Shown here: positions 62,032 to 64,000 of the stretch, one piece after another | How positions within the stretch are numbered: the first letter of the stretch is position 1 | Layout of the letters: every line of letters begins with the position of its first letter | Source: Amoebophrya sp. A120 | Lineage: Eukaryota; Protista; Dinoflagellata | Length of the DNA stretch: 64,000 nt | Direction: 5' to 3' | Assembly (NCBI GenBank): GCA_905178155.1 | Contig: CAJINV010000003.1 | Coordinates: 10,113,979-10,177,978 of the forward strand | Translations under genes and position numbers: made by a program | Notes under the pieces: model-generated | What the model was told of the DNA's origin: nothing | Seen by the model: only the letters and a program-made list of their open reading frames with translations | Database searches by the model: none

Positions 62032-64000
62032 TGCATAGTCAGGGAGTGAGTTTTGCGAGGGCGCGCTGAGATCTTTTTGGCGAGAAATTTTGCCAGAGGA
62101 TACTAAGAAGGCGTTTCTGCCAGGGAGGTGGTTTCGCGGGGTTGGTACGGAGAGGACACGTAGCCGCGTGCTTTTGCTAGAGGGGGCCGCAAGAGTGAAG
62201 ACATTGACCCTATTTCTACGCATTTCTACATAGCGTTCTTCTTTTTGGCATGCAGCACTGCGACCCAAGTGCCAGCCGTGCTCCGGCTGCCGCCGGAGCG
62301 CGCCGCGGGCTGTGGTTTAGCCGAGGCTGACGAGCTTCGGCCAGAAGGGATCAGCAGACGCTGGGACTTCTGGCGCTTCGCTACACCATGTCGCCCTTAC
62401 TGACGGCCCTGCACTCTTCCCGCCGCGCCTGAGGGCGCTCGGTGCGGGGGGGGGGAGCAGCTGCCACGAGCACGGCGAGCGGGGGGAAGCTGTCCAGTTG
62501 TCAAGTTGGGCCAGCTGCTTTTTTTTGTACACCTGCCCCGGCCGTGGCCGTGATGTTGGCTGGCGGCGGCGGCGTTAGTTTGCACTCGCGCGCAGCAATG
62601 CCAATGCTTCGAGACAGCCAGCACAGGTCTGGCTGCCCACGACGTGCCCCGTCGTAGCACCTCGGTAGAAGAAGTTGCTACTACGTTTCCATGTTGCGCC
62701 CGCGTGCGCGCTTTACCTCTCTTGTTGCGAGGCGCCTTTTTGGTTTGTTTGGAGGCGAAGGCAGAGATGTGTTATTTTTTGAGCCAGCGGCTTTTTGCCA
62801 TTTCGTGCGTCTGTGCTGCTCTACAGGCTGGCAAAAGGCCGCCGGCAGCGACAGGCTGTTTTCTCATGCAAAGACCCCCGCCCCGGCCCCCCGGCCTCTC
62901 GCCCGTTCTCTCGTTTGCCTCTCGGCCACCTCCGTGGCGTGTCGCTCAGGAGGACCTGAAGGGCCGCTGGGCGATTTGGCGAGTTACACGCGCGCCATTC
63001 TTTGGTCGCGCCCTCGGGAACTACAAACATCCGGCGCCACTCCCCCAATGTTGGCCTATCTGTATCTTCTTCCTCTGCTTCATTTGACCTTATCGGCGGC
63101 CTTCTATCTACTTGTACTTTCTGGCTTTTGTCTTTCTTCTTTCACTAAGCCCGGCGCCGCCCTCGTTCCAGTCTGGTTGCTTCGCTGCAGTCGTAAAGTG
63201 AAATATGACAAAAACGGACGTCTGCTTTAATATTCATTTATATATCGATGTCGAAGTCGATCGTCAATGTCAACGTCGTCGTGTTGTAGGACTTTGACTT
63301 TCACATCTCCGGCGGGGTTTGTCTCTGGTTTGTCGGGCGGTTGAGGATGTTGATAGCGCTCAGCGGACCCCAGTTGAACTTCCCTGGACTGCTAAGATGA
63401 GCTGTGTGGTGTCATTCAAGATGCTTGGCGCTCAATGGATCGCAGTGCAGCCTATTGCTTACCTTCAGGAAATCAAATAAAGGTAGAGGCAGTTCGTGGC
63501 CAAATTCATTCTGGCTCGCCTTGGCAGCCACTACAGGGCTCAGGAAGCTTGTGCCAGATTACGTTTTTTCGACTCTCTTCAGTCCTTCGTTGTCGGTTGG
63601 GTTATTCAGTGAGGATGGGGTGGGTGTGTTTTTATTGACACAGAATACCGATCGATTAGTGGAGCGAATATGAATTTATCGAAGTTACGTCGTGCTGGCC
63701 AGCTCTCTAAGCTTGGAACTGAGTGCCGCGCAGTTTTTCTCCGCCTGCGAGAAGTAGGCGTGATGAAAAACAAGCTCAAGTCACTCGATCTCGAGAACTT
63801 TCCCTGCTTGTGTCGTATATAAAACGGCGACTGTGGACGGAGGTCTGGGATCGACATCGATGTGGTTGACCGTGGCGGGGATGCGGATTGTGTCTCCTAG
63901 TTTGCCAAGCTCGCACGCTCGCCAGGTGTAAGGGGACGGGACCCATCATGGAAATGGATCCCGTCCCCCGCTCGAAAGCCGTTGGTCAAGTGTTAAGTGC

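Overview
Eukaryotic, intron-rich genomic DNA. The most likely source is a syndinian dinoflagellate such as Amoebophrya; this is inferred from intron architecture and not confirmed by any search. Four multi-exon + strand genes were reconstructed by hand: a GT61-like glycosyltransferase (about 1.8-6.6 kb), a large C-terminal U-box protein (7.6-18.0 kb), a Tma46/ZC3H15-like protein (19.6 kb to beyond 24.8 kb) and a 12-exon double-length tyrosyl-tRNA synthetase (43.4-58.4 kb). There is also an intronless TMEM256/DUF423 gene and a few small hypothetical genes. The dominant signal is a set of 15 non-canonical introns that look like DNA transposons: 5-nt direct repeat | TAT-starting terminal inverted repeat ... 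ATA | 5-nt direct repeat. Removing each one together with one repeat copy restores the reading frame and, in TyrRS, conserved motifs. One family occurs in both orientations, deviations at the termini are mostly G-U pairs on the sense strand, and one such intron is 5 kb long and holds a nested split-direct-repeat element. Non-autonomous Helitron-like elements, foldback elements and satellites fill the larger introns. All exon models are manual and lack transcript support. Most ORFs in the supplied track are spurious.
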